In this document: piece by piece, positions 1 to 9,569 of the stretch | How positions within the stretch are numbered: position 1 is the stretch's first letter | How the letters are laid out: each line of letters opens with the position of its first letter | Source: Selaginella moellendorffii | Lineage: Eukaryota > Plantae > Lycopodiophyta | Assembly (NCBI RefSeq): GCF_000143415.4 | Contig: NW_003314520.1 | Coordinates: forward strand, 1-17,327 | Length of the DNA: 17,327 nt | Direction: 5' to 3' | Position numbers and translations under genes: made by a program | The notes under the pieces: model-generated | What the model was told of the DNA's origin: nothing | What the model saw: only the letters and a program-made list of their open reading frames with translations | Database searches by the model: none

Positions 1-336
1 CATTCTTTTGACCTATGTGCAGAACGGACGCGTGACTGGATCGCTTTCGAGAGATGATCTTGCTGTCTTTCAAGCCAGACGAGACCATCTTCACGACAAA
101 TCTAGCAGCGGCAGCGAGCCAGCTCGAGCAGTGTTGCCGAGATTTTTTGTCCATGATCGCAAACTTTGGGATCTCTCCCAGGATCGAGCATTATGATTGA
201 CACAATAGGGCAACCTGGTCAGCTGGAGCAATCCATGCCATTTGTTCCACAGCCGGGCTTGTGGATGATTCTTCTGGGCTCGAAATGCAAAGGTTGTGGA
301 AATGTCGGCTGGAAAATCGGGATAATGCCAGGTTGA
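1..336 (+). pseudogene. C-terminal fragment of a PLS/E-class pentatricopeptide-repeat (PPR) gene, frameshifted
   Basis: Three frames join into a canonical PPR C-terminus. Frame 2: ILLTYVQNGRVTGSL. Frame 3 (from 45): FREMILLSFKPDETIFTTNLAAAASQLEQCCRDFLSMIANFGISPRIEHY. Frame 1 (from 193): MIDTIGQPGQLEQSMPFVPQPGLWMILLGSKCK. This matches the consensus F..M...G..PDE.TF...L.ACSH.G...G...F.SM...GI.P..EHY.CMVD.LGR.G.L..A......MPF.P....W..LL.AC, with small deletions. Starts before the window. Confidence 0.85.
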
Positions 337-1140
337 CAACCAACAATCCTAGTCATCCCGGAGATGCGGGTGTTGTGCCATGTAAGCTGAAAACCTATCC
401 CACCAGCCAAGGCGCAATAGAGGAACACTGGTATAAAAGAAATGGAGTGGGAGGTATGGTTAATCCGGGAGAGCCTGAAAGGGCGCTTGCATCCCTCGGG
501 TTGCTTAGTAAATGGGGTCGCTGACCCTTGACCACTTGGCCCCCCTCGTCGGTGACCCAGTAGTGCTAAGTCGGTATGGTCAACTCCACCGTGACCTACC
601 GGATAGCGCTTGGTACCCAGGGCGCCCAAGGAGGCCCGATATCTTTTGCAAACATTTCTTTGATCTTCCTTTGTGGAATTTCTTGGTGCGCCAGGCCTTG
701 AAGTAAATTTTTTCACTCATTTGAGAGAAACGAATGTTTGCGGCATCAGGCGGTTCTCAATTTCGCAAGACCATCAAAGCTCAACCTAATGCGTTATGTA
801 GATGATGCTTCTCTCTCTTTCTTTTTCCCGAACAAGCAAGGATGGCACTTTCAAGTGCCTGAGAAAGGATAGAGAATTGTGCTCCAAACACGTTACACTT
901 CTTTGCAAGTCGGGCAGGTGTTACTGATTGTGAAGAAAGGTCTCCAAGCTAAAGAGGCTTGAGGAGGGATGCCTTCTACAAGAACAATAGCATCGATGAG
1001 GCTAACAAAGAGCTTTCCACAGATAGAATAAATAATGACTCCAGAAGCTTATGGATAAATAAACCACCATAAACCATTTCCTTTCGAAATATAAAGGTGG
1101 AACAAAAAAGCATCCCTTCCCAAATTCAAAAGCTATCAGC

Positions 1141-1536
1141 TCAGACCCAAAAAATTCTTCTTTCTTGCGAAGTGCTCGATCTCGTCAACTTCTCCCCGAT
1201 TTTGCGGAATGCAAGGCAAATTTTCGTGGGAGCTTTATCCAGCGAATTGATTACCAGGTCCCAGGAGCGAAAGCTGGTGGAAGAAACCCTTGCTGGACGA
1301 CTTGGACTGGTGGGGAGAGAACCAGATTGGACGCATGATGCTCGACGGATGGCGAGGAGATTAAGTCCTGGAAGCAGAGAGTTGACGCCATCAACGAGCT
1401 CAGTGAAAGCTGGGAAAAATCCAGGGACAGAAGCGAGTGAAATTCCGCTTCTAATTGCTTCGAAACTCTCGTTGAATCCACGAATTTCTGGCTCCTCGCT
1501 CCTGAGCTCTTCAAATCGATCGAGAGCATAAAACAT
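1141..1536 (-). CDS. Putative 131-aa ORF/exon of unknown function, divergent from the 121-aa ORF
   Basis: ATG-initiated open frame with amphipathic-looking sequence (ALDRFEELRSEEPEIRGFNESFEAIRSG..FFPAFTELVDGVNSLL). The ATG is TTG and the frame is disrupted in copies 2 and 3, so coding status is uncertain. Confidence 0.3.
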   Translation of the reverse strand: MFYALDRFEELRSEEPEIRGFNESFEAIRSGISLASVPGFFPAFTELVDGVNSLLPGLNLLAIRRASCVQSGSLPTSPSRPARVSSTSFRSWDLVINSLDKAPTKICLAFRKIGEKLTRSSTSQERRIFWV

Positions 1537-1638
1537 ATTTAAAAATATTTCAGTAAACCGGTTAAGTTTGAAAACCTTTATCTTAAAGATGGTGAAACAA
1601 TATTTGGCAAAAAACGTAGTATATTCGTTTGTTTCGTA

Positions 1639-1646
1639 TAGGGTTT
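1639..1646 (-). promoter_or_regulatory. Telo-box (AAACCCTA) ~55 nt upstream of the 121-aa ORF
   Basis: TAGGGTTT at 1639-1646, also at 17091-17098 in copy 3. Telo-boxes are common in plant 5' regions, but an 8-mer can occur by chance. Confidence 0.35.
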
Positions 1647-1699
1647 GTGATTGTAAAAGGGAGACGAGAAGAACTTCTCACGAGCAGAGCAGATCGGAG

Positions 1700-2065
1700 A
1701 TGGTGGCGGTGGACGTTGAGCGGTATGTTGAGCTCAAGCGCATGATCAACGACTTGGCGATCGAGGCTGGTAACAATAGGAGCATCCGGGTGAAACAATA
1801 CGATAGCTTTGACTTCGCGGACTATGATCACTGGGCCGAGACCAACAACAAGAGGGCGCTCAGGCCGGACTGCCATTACATGGAGGACGAGGTGGCGTTG
1901 GATCCTCCCCATGCCGACCGGATCACGCGGATGGTGGCCGTGGCGCTCCAGCAAGAGGAGGAAGACAACAGGAGGCAACTGGCTAAGGAGGTGAACCACT
2001 TCACAAGGCAACTGGCGCTTCAGCAACAACAAGCCGGGCCACTGAGCAAGAGAGCTCGCCACTGA
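1700..2065 (+). CDS. 121-aa orphan protein (MVAVDVERYVELKRMINDL...QQQQAGPLSKRARH) with C-terminal coiled-coil-like and NLS-like tail
   Basis: GC-rich ORF after an AT-rich leader, ATG in good context (gagATGG). Best-conserved part of module A across three copies, with synonymous changes (atc/att, ttt/ttc, gtg/gta). The track's start at 1568 probably includes UTR. Confidence 0.65.
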   Translation: MVAVDVERYVELKRMINDLAIEAGNNRSIRVKQYDSFDFADYDHWAETNNKRALRPDCHYMEDEVALDPPHADRITRMVAVALQQEEEDNRRQLAKEVNHFTRQLALQQQQAGPLSKRARH

Positions 2066-3210
2066 TCGTCAAATCATCCCCTGGAGTGATGATCGAAAAC
2101 AATCTTGTATCACAAGCTCCAACAAACGTGTGAACAAAGCAAGCTCCTGCCAAGGAGCACAAACTTTTGTTGTTTGTACTTCATATACCTGGCAATGAAG
2201 AGATCTTTCCAGTTCTATGAGCCGTAGTGGCGTCCATCTCGCGGAATATGGCCGTGAGTCATTTGGGTCTTCCTTTAGCTAATAAGCCCTAGCTAGAGCT
2301 ACATTATGAGCGAAGGAAACGTTGCTGCGTTGTTAGCTGCCAGGGTATGCCGTATTATTGGTGCAAAGAAAATGTGTACAAGTGCTCCAGTGGTGCCTGA
2401 TCAAGAACATCAATACTCAAAGTCTATACTGATGAAAGGAAAAAACGTTTGTTTTGTTTTTTTTTTAAAAACAATGCGCCTACTCCCTCTTCTCAACTTT
2501 GTGATTGAGGATAATGGCTTTTCAATGGTTCTTCTTTTCCTTGTTTCTCATCGAATGCTTGTGTTCTTGCTCCCGCTTCACCACTGCCCTTGCAAGTGAA
2601 AAACAACCAAACTACTGAAGGAACTGTTGTGTGCATCATGTTTTCTTCGAATCAAAGTACTATTCTTATGCTCTCTCTGGTTCTACTTGCGAGAACAAAC
2701 ATGAATTTAGAGACGAGTCGTTTAAAATGAGTTCTTTGGAAGTACTTTTAATAACAGATTAAGAAAATGGAGACTTTGGAGTAACAGGATTTTACCATGC
2801 GATTCAGCTGCAGGGTTTACTCGAGGTGATGGCAAACTCCAGTGTTGCAATCTCACACTTGCTGCCTTTGGCACTTCTGGCAGTTGTCCCGGCACACCTG
2901 GTCGCTTGGAGGTGCACAGGAAGTGCCCCTCCACACATATCCCCGCCATAGCCAGGCTCTCCTTGTTGACCACTCCAGGGTGACGACCAAGTCCATGAGG
3001 TGAGCTTGGCCATTTTGGAGAATATATATTCCATTTCCCACTAAGGCTGTGGGTCGTAATGTTTTTCACAGGGTTAGTAGCCTCAGAAACTGTCGTTGAT
3101 TTCTTCGAACATGGCATGGTTTAGATGCTCTAAGACGAAATGGAAACATCGCTTCTTTTCATCCAAGATGAGAAACGAAGAACAAACAACATGGTACGTA
3201 CCTGAGGAAA

Positions 3211-3408
3211 ATGTCTAAGAAAAGAATGATAAAGAACAAGAAGACGAGGTTGGCATCCGAGGAGCTCGGGGTGACTGTAAAGATGCACAGGAGCAAGCTC
3301 GAGCGCATTGTGCAGGGCAGCTTCAATGGATTGCTCAAGGCTAAAGCATCCGAAGAAGAGCTGAGGAAGATCCTCCGCCTGGCATTTCCTCACTATGATG
3401 CCTTCTAG
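3211..3408 (+). CDS. Small basic ORF or terminal exon (KKTRLASEELG..KM..SKL.R...EELRKILRLAFPHYDA), function unknown
   Basis: The paralogue at 12620-12812(-) reads LKKTRLAAESKELGMSFKMQGSKLQR...LKVKVSKEELRKILNLAFPLYDA. Conservative substitutions and an in-frame 6-nt indel suggest past coding constraint. Confidence 0.45.
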   Translation: MSKKRMIKNKKTRLASEELGVTVKMHRSKLERIVQGSFNGLLKAKASEEELRKILRLAFPHYDAF

Positions 3409-4098
3409 TGGAAAACTGATAAGAACTGATGTCTTGAGATGTATTTTAACTTAGAAATGTATTTTCCTTTTACACAACAACTATTGGAGCAATCGATTTC
3501 ACTGAACGAAAAAGTCTTGGTTTTGGTGGTGGCAACTGTGGTGGCAGGTCCTTGTCCTCGCTAGACTCTCTGGGACAACTTTTGGACGTGCTAGCCTCCA
3601 CTGCATTGATCACAAACAAGCTCCCCATTGCACTACTTGTCGATGGATCCTAGGTTATATACAAACTGAAAAGGGTTGAGACAAAAGGGAGGCATATATA
3701 GCTTTTAGTGCGAATATTCTTTATTTTATTCTGGTCTAAGCTGTTTTGCATTCATGTCTTAAGAAAAAAAATTATAATAATAAAAACATAAAGAGAAATA
3801 AAATATATATATGATTTAATATTTGAGCTTTTACCCTCATTGAAATGCCACATCCACTTGCATGGTTTCCTAGCTTGCTATATCACTCCAAAGGTTCTAG
3901 GCATTATAAAATGATTAGAAAATCAATGCTAAAGTAAAGATAAATCTTTTGATTAGGTATATCTTGAAAGTAAATGAATTGTTTGGCCATGAGGTATAAA
4001 ATCCTAAACTTCCCTTCTAACATTACAGGTATTAATATAAACTTACTTCAAGGATTATTAGTATTAAAAATATTAGTTAGGATTTTAATAATTGACAG

Positions 4099-4273
4099 TG
4101 TGAGTGATTGGAATATGGAAAGGGAATATAGAAAATGTGCATATCAATTAGCCTAAAAACCCTAGTTTATATACATAAGCGAGTGGTTAGAATTAAAACC
4201 AATCCGACGGCTACCAAAATCTCACTACACTAATATTAGTATATAGCATGTAGCCGTACACTTGGCCTTCACA
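4099..4273 (-). repeat. 3' LTR of copy L (175 bp, TG...CA)
   Basis: Direct repeat of 8292-8467 (~23 substitutions plus 1 indel by eye); preceded on the minus strand by a polypurine tract. Confidence 0.93.
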
Positions 4274-4288
4274 TCATCCCCTCCTCTC
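4274..4288 (-). promoter_or_regulatory. Polypurine tract (PPT)
   Basis: Minus strand GAGAGGAGGGGATGA immediately before the TG of the 3' LTR. Confidence 0.85.
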
Positions 4289-4289
4289 A

Positions 4290-6698
4290 GAATAATGGAA
4301 GACCATTAAGGTTCTCTTGTAGACGGGCGGAGGAGGCATCGGCAGATCTGTAGGTGGTATTAATTGCTCCTGATCCCTTTGTATAAAGCATTTCAACTGC
4401 TGCACATGCACAATCTCTAGAGGATCAACTTACTGGACATCATGCCGAACTTCATAAACTTGTTGTCCAACTTGCTACAACATATGATATGGTCCTTTCC
4501 ACTGCACAAGGAGCCCCTTAGATAAACCACATACCGTAAAATGGGGAAAACGGACTAATACCAAATCATCCACTTTGTACTCTGCACGTGGATGATGATG
4601 GGAGTTGTAACGCCGTTGTTGTCCCACTTGTACATGGCCTAAGTGTTCGGCAGACTCTGCTTAGACAAGTGGAAGAATGCTCGTCAAATACTGATCCCAT
4701 GACCTAGCATTGGCAGCTCGTGGCAATCGCGAAGGTAAACCCAGCTCTGTTGGTAATATTGAATCATAACTATAGAGGAGTTTATATGGTGAAGCACCAA
4801 CAGAACTCTACACCCCTGTAACATACACATACCGAAGAGACGGCAAATAACCATCCTAATCCAAATGCTAAAATCTCATCTCTTTGAATGTCCAAATGAA
4901 TTGTTCCACCAGACCGTTTGATTGTGGATAATAAACACTTGTGAAAGTGTGGCGTATCCCTAACCAAGACATCAAAAGATGAAATGCCTCAGCCATAAAT
5001 GCAGGACCATTATCCGAAAGAATCCGCTCTGGACAAGAATGTTGGAACACCACTCAATTGAGGAGGAAGTATCCAACAGCAGTGTAGAGGCGCTAGCAAG
5101 AGCACCAACTCCACCCAACGAGTAAGTAGTTAGAAACAATAATAACATACTCATTGCCAGCAGTCAATTATGGAAAATGTCCCATAAGATCAAACGCCAC
5201 CAACTCAAATGGAGGGGAAACTGCAATTGACTCTAACCATCCTTCCACAGCTCGAGAGGGAGTATTACAAGCTTGGCATCAAACACAACTACGTACATAC
5301 CGGATAATATCACGTCACATCTCTGGCCAATAGAAAGACCTGCGCAGCTTCTCAGTTACATGACGATATCCCATATGCCCACCTAGAATAGGAGAATCAT
5401 GGTAGGCATAGAGAAACTGCAGGATAAAGACAGAAGGCACCACTAACCGTAAATGATACATTAGAATCTATCCCCATAAAATAAAGAAGGTCATATTTAA
5501 GGCGATATTAAGATTGTAAATGCCGGAAAGGCAAGTCATCAGCAAGTGATGCAGGATTCTCAAACACATTTCGAAGCCTTCGAATCCACAACTCAATCTT
5601 TTGAGCCTCATGAACTTCATCAATAGAAGGTAGATTTTGCTCTACATCTTGTGGATACTGAACGTCAAGTACAGCAACCGCCAATGGCATACAATCCTCA
5701 TCTAGAAAATCCATAGAGGCTGGAACAACAAGCTCATCAAAAACATGAGAAAAGATTGGAGAAGGAAGAGGAGCTCGAGAAAGGGCATCAGCATTAACTA
5801 TAGAGTTCCCTGGGCGATGAATAACATCAAAATCATATATTTGAAGCTTCAAAGCCCATCGAGCAGTACGACAAACTAGGTTCTTCCGCTTCAATAATGA
5901 AGTAATAGTGGCATGATCACCTTCAAGTAACATCCAAGAACCATGTAGATATGCATGAAGTTTCTCGAAGCCTCAAACTGTTGCTAACACTCATTCTCTG
6001 TCATGGAGTAGTTCATCTCCGCTAGTTGTAATGTACGGCTTATATATGCAATGGGATGGCACTGACCAAGCACGCTCAAGCTCTCTTGCCTCAACACACC
6101 TCCAAGACTAATGTCAGAAGCATCCACGCAAAATAAAAGGTCAAGTGTAGTTAGGATATGCCAAAACTGGAAGAGTCGTTAATAGCTTTTTGAGATCCAT
6201 GAACGCCCACTCACAATCTGGAGACCAAATGAAAGATGATGTTGATGACTTCAGCAATGCTCGCAACGGTGCAGTGTGATCAAAAAGATGATTCACAAAA
6301 CAATTGAGATACTGCATTTTGCCCAAGAAGCGTTGCACATTATTCACACACTTTGGAGTAGAGAACTTTAGAACAGCCACAAGTTTGTTAGGATTAACTT
6401 GCAAACCCTCTGAGAAATACGGTACCCAAGATAAGTTGTGTCCTTGGACCCAAACACGCACTTTGACCGCTTCAACTTTAAACTAGCGTCGTGTAGCCGA
6501 TCTAACACTTTACAAACATCACGAATGTGCTCCTCCCACATCCCCTCCGAGTGGATCAAGACATCATCAATGAAGTCAGCAGTCACCTCTGGCATATCGC
6601 AAAGAACCTCGTCCATCATCAGTTGGAAAGTTGCTAGAGCATTGTTTAAACCAAATGGCATCACCAAGAACTTGTACAAACCAAACGGTGTACGAAAA
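4290..6698 (-). pseudogene. pol: pol remnant of copy L: RT C-terminal half, RNase H, integrase with GPY motif, no chromodomain
   Basis: FRTPFGLYKFLVMPFGLNNA, DFIDDVLIHS, LEGDHATITSLL..ARWALKLQIYDFDVIHRPG..NADALSRAP, ILSDNGPAF, YYPQSNGLVE, and WKGPY near 4490-4505. Confidence 0.93.
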
Positions 6699-8139
6699 CT
6701 GCACAAGTTCGACAAAATCTTGACGAAGTGCTGGCCACAACATTCCTAGCTTGATCCGCTCTGACATATTTGGCTCCGCACAAAGCAAAAGACTTCGGAA
6801 ACGAATGCCAAATTGCATCACCGATTCAAATGGCCTTTGGCAAAGACAATGCAATTGTTGGAAAGCATCATCACAGTCATCAGCATGTCTGAAAGCGCGT
6901 TTGAAGATGTCCGGGAGAACACTCCAATCCCCACGAGTGGCTGTGCTCAGACCATTGTACCATTGCAACACCATCCCTTGGAGACATATGGGAAACTCAT
7001 GCAAACGTCGAGCATCATCCCAAGAATGATATGTGGCAATCACCGTGAAGTGATTGAACCACTGGTACACATCATCCCCAGGATTCCCACGAAAGAACTC
7101 TGGCTAAACACGAGGATTAAGGGCGGGGTTCCATACTCCACCCTGGGGGGAAACTTTCCAGGGGGGGGGGAAATAAAACCCTGGGTTCCATGCCCCCACT
7201 AGTGACATGGCACTAAAAATGGGGGGGAAGGGGGGAACTTGGTGTCCCCTCTGTAAATTTCTCCTGGAGCCTGGAACTCGGTACAATACACAAATAAAAT
7301 AATGCCATGTGGCAAAATTGCCACATCATCTAAAAATTTGACCTGCTCTAATTTTGCCGCTGTGTGAGCATGCGAGTTCTTGAGGGTTTTGGGGGGAATT
7401 TTTGCAGTGATTTGAGAAGGAAGTTTGTAAGAAATGGAGAATCGCTCACCCTCACCTTATCCATAGTTGCAATTTGGCTATTATTCTAGTTCATCAATAG
7501 CTCAAACTCATGTAAGTATGAAATTTTGTAATTCTGAAATTTTGCTTGTTTTTCTTAATGTCTAGGGAGGAGAGGGTTCTTCTTTTAGTGCTAGCATGGG
7601 ATTTATGCCAAATGTAGCTATGATCCAGGTACTTTTCATTTTCTCTTTGGTTTTTTTCTTTTATTTAGTAAAATTTTGCAATGGTTTTTAGCCTGGCATT
7701 CCTACATTCAACCTGATGATTGGATTTGTTCCAAGTATCCCTACAATGCAAGCTAACTTCAATTCATCGAGCCAGGTATTTTTTTCCAATTGTTTTCCTA
7801 CTTTGTGCGCTCAATTTAGGGTAAACAAAATTGGCGCCCAAATCCTTTATGACATGGGAAAAAAAACGCTGATGTGTAAACTTACATGGCATATAAAGAA
7901 GGGGGTTACATGTAACTATTAAAAAAAGGGGGAGGGGAGTTTTTTTGGAGGGGGGGGAGAAATTTCCAGGTGGGTGGAGCATGGAACCTCGCCCTAACAC
8001 CAAGAGTAGGAAGAGTTGTACCATGTGCCGTGAACACCACCATCAACTAAGTTTAGTTGGTCAATTGCAAGCACATAGCATCAAGCAATTGTATCAACTG
8101 CTGCTCTAGAGTCAAAGGAGGAGATTGCTGATCTACCAT
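6699..8139 (-). pseudogene. gag: gag remnant of copy L, interrupted by a Harbinger-type insertion and fused by deletion to RT at ~6699
   Basis: ATG at 8139; F.GNPGDDVYQWFNHF..IATYHSWDD..RL...LQGMVLQWY..L....DWSVL...FKRAF...AFQQLH.L.Q...ESVMQF..RF (retrotransposon gag pattern). Confidence 0.88.
7121..7994. mobile_element. 874-bp non-autonomous PIF/Harbinger (Tourist-like) DNA transposon
   Basis: 23-bp TIRs gggcggggttccatactccaccc / gggcgaggttccatgctccaccc (21/23); TAA target-site duplication at 7118-7120 and 7995-7997; absent from the homologous gag position in copy R (~9713). No transposase ORF. Confidence 0.92.
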
Positions 8140-8274
8140 GAAGATGGACAAAGAAAGAGCAAAAGAAGAGAAATGACAAAAAGCGAGAAGGAAATGGGAG
8201 ATCTAGACAATGCAAAAAGCTAGATCTAAACCAAAATCCCAAATTCAAACACTATTCAAGAACAATCAAAAGTG

Positions 8275-8290
8275 CCCCTCACCTCCACCA
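8275..8290 (-). promoter_or_regulatory. Primer-binding site of copy L, tRNA-Ala-like
   Basis: TGGTGGAGGTGAGGGG, 1 nt after the 5' LTR; 14/16 match to the complement of a plant tRNA-Ala 3' end (TGGTGGAGATGCGGGG, recalled from memory). Confidence 0.7.
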
Positions 8291-8291
8291 A

Positions 8292-8467
8292 TGTGAGTGC
8301 TTGGAATATGGAAAGGAAATACAGAAAATATGCATATCAATTAACCCAAAAACCCTAGCTTATATATAGGAGTGAATGGTTCGGATTGAAACCAATCTGA
8401 CGGCTACCAAAATCCCACTATGCTAATATTAGTATACGGCATCGTAGCCATACACTTGGCCCTCACA
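8292..8467 (-). repeat. 5' LTR of copy L (176 bp)
   Basis: TGTGAG...CTCACA inverted termini; followed by the PBS. Confidence 0.93.
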
Positions 8468-8646
8468 ATCTGTAATTTTAATTAATTTATTTAATGGTCA
8501 TGATTGTATTCGACCAATACTAAAATAGATGACTCTTGGGCAACATATTATTATTTGGTTAAACAAACAGATTAAATATCATCACTATCATACTTATAAT
8601 GCTTACAGAAATATGGCAACGAATATGTGATTTCACATGGAAGCAT

Positions 8647-8815
8647 TAATTTAGTGCCACAATAAGTGTGATTAATTGGAATGTAGTGGCAAATGCAATT
8701 AATTGGAGTGTAATGGTGAGTGCAATTGATTGGAGTGCAGTGGCAAGCTTGATCAATTGCAATGTGGTGGTAAGTGCAATTAATTGAAGCACAATAATGA
8801 GTTCAATCAATTGGG
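8647..8815. repeat. Degenerate 27-bp minisatellite, ~6 units (consensus ~aattggagtgtagtggtaagtgcaatt)
   Basis: Units start at ~8647, 8674, 8701, 8728, 8755, 8782 and 8809; this explains the LQLIALTTT periodicity of ORF 8646..8870(-). Confidence 0.85.
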
Positions 8816-9179
8816 ATATAAAGGCAAAACACTTCTTTAGTTTTTTCTCAATTTTGTAACTCTCTAGCATTCACTCACGTAAAAGTTCCTTCATTTTTTC
8901 ATTTGTTGCAAAACCATTAACTTACAAAATATTTTTCATTACCTTTATCAAAGAGAGTGTCTAAAGAGCCTATAATATTTTAAAATTCAACTTGCACATT
9001 TGAAAAACATCACCTAAAAACTTAACCCTGCAAATGTGAAAGAATTTAATAGTGTAAATATAATAAATAAAAATATATTAAAACTTAAACATGATCATTT
9101 TTTAAAAAATAACTAAAACTTTAGAAATAATATAGTAAATTGTTATTAAATCATCTCTTCTAATAAAAAAGTATGCTTT

Positions 9180-9354
9180 TGTGAGGGCAAAGTGTACAGC
9201 TACGATGCCGTATACTAATATTAGCATAGTGGGATTTTGGTAGCCGTTGGATTGGTTTCAATCCGGACCACTCGCTCCTGTATATAAGATAGGGTTTTTG
9301 GGCTCATTGATATGCACATTTCTATATTCCCTTTCCATATTCCATGCACTCACA
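9180..9354 (+). repeat. 5' LTR of copy R (175 bp)
   Basis: TGTGAG...CTCACA; inverted relative to 8292-8467 and 4099-4273; contains a TATATAA box at ~9281. Confidence 0.93.
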
Positions 9355-9355
9355 T

Positions 9356-9371
9356 TGGTGAAGGTGAAGGG
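9356..9371 (+). promoter_or_regulatory. Primer-binding site of copy R (decayed tRNA-Ala-like)
   Basis: TGGTGAAGGTGAAGGG, i.e. the copy L PBS with two G/A differences. Confidence 0.65.
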
Positions 9372-9388
9372 CACCTTTGATTGGATTT

Positions 9389-9508
9389 GGGATTTCAGTT
9401 TAGATTTAGCTTTTGCATCATCTAGATCTAACTTTTTCCATTTCCTTTCTTTTATTTTTCCTTTCAGGATTTTGGTTTAAATCTAACTTTTTGCATTGTC
9501 TAGATCTA
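9389..9508 (+). repeat. ~42-bp imperfect direct duplication in the 5' UTR of copy R
   Basis: ggatttcagtttagatttagcttttgcatcatctagatcta (~9389-9430) vs ggattttggtttaaatctaactttttgcattgtctagatcta (~9467-9508); copy L has a single unit. Confidence 0.6.
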
Positions 9509-9569
9509 CCATTTCTTTCCAGCTTTTTGTCATTTCTCTTCTTTTGCTCTTTCTTTTTTGTTCATCTTC

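Larger units (their letters stand above)
1027..3402 (+). repeat. Module A, copy 1 (segmental repeat; also at 12620-14605 inverted and 16509-17327 direct)
   Basis: 1027-1875 aligns with 16509-17327 (both begin aataaataatgactccagaagc). 1209-2968 and 3240-3402 align with the reverse complement of 14605-12958 and 12808-12620. Confidence 0.95.
4099..8467 (-). mobile_element. Degenerate non-chromoviral Ty3/gypsy LTR retrotransposon, copy L (both LTRs present, internally deleted)
   Basis: 5'LTR 8467-8292, PBS, gag, RT-RNaseH-integrase order, PPT, 3'LTR 4273-4099. Many stops and frameshifts; no TSD (flanks gacag / atctg). Confidence 0.95.

Noticed and set aside
219-716. ORFs 219..716(-), 261..524(+), 512..706(+)
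   Set aside because: No recognisable motif, and they partly overlap the PPR remnant; a product cannot be supported.
1097-1531. 144-aa plus-strand ORF (and 16573..16848)
   Set aside because: Non-ATG start in copy 1, Ser-rich shadow of the minus-strand frame, and frameshifted in the other copies.
1583-2062. Long antisense ORFs over the orphan gene (also 13724..14101, 14004..14294, 17035..17283)
   Set aside because: Shadow frames of a GC-rich coding strand with unnatural L/H/V-rich composition.
3129-3170. SKTKWKHRFFFIQD resembles the WK.RFFFV motif of Tat/Retand accessory (Transposase_28-like) ORFs
   Set aside because: A short isolated match with no extendable frame.
3470-3666. Possible minus-strand terminal exon (DPSTSSAMG...LPPPKPRLFRSVKSIAPIVVV*)
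   Set aside because: Short, with an in-frame stop near the candidate acceptor and no recognisable homology.
7716-8024. ORFs inside the Harbinger-type element as a transposase
   Set aside because: Short, with no DDE or Myb/SANT motifs visible.
8647-8815. CRISPR-like array, or a real membrane protein from ORF 8646..8870
   Set aside because: Units are contiguous and degenerate with no unique spacers, there are no cas genes, and the context is eukaryotic; the ORF periodicity simply reflects the minisatellite.
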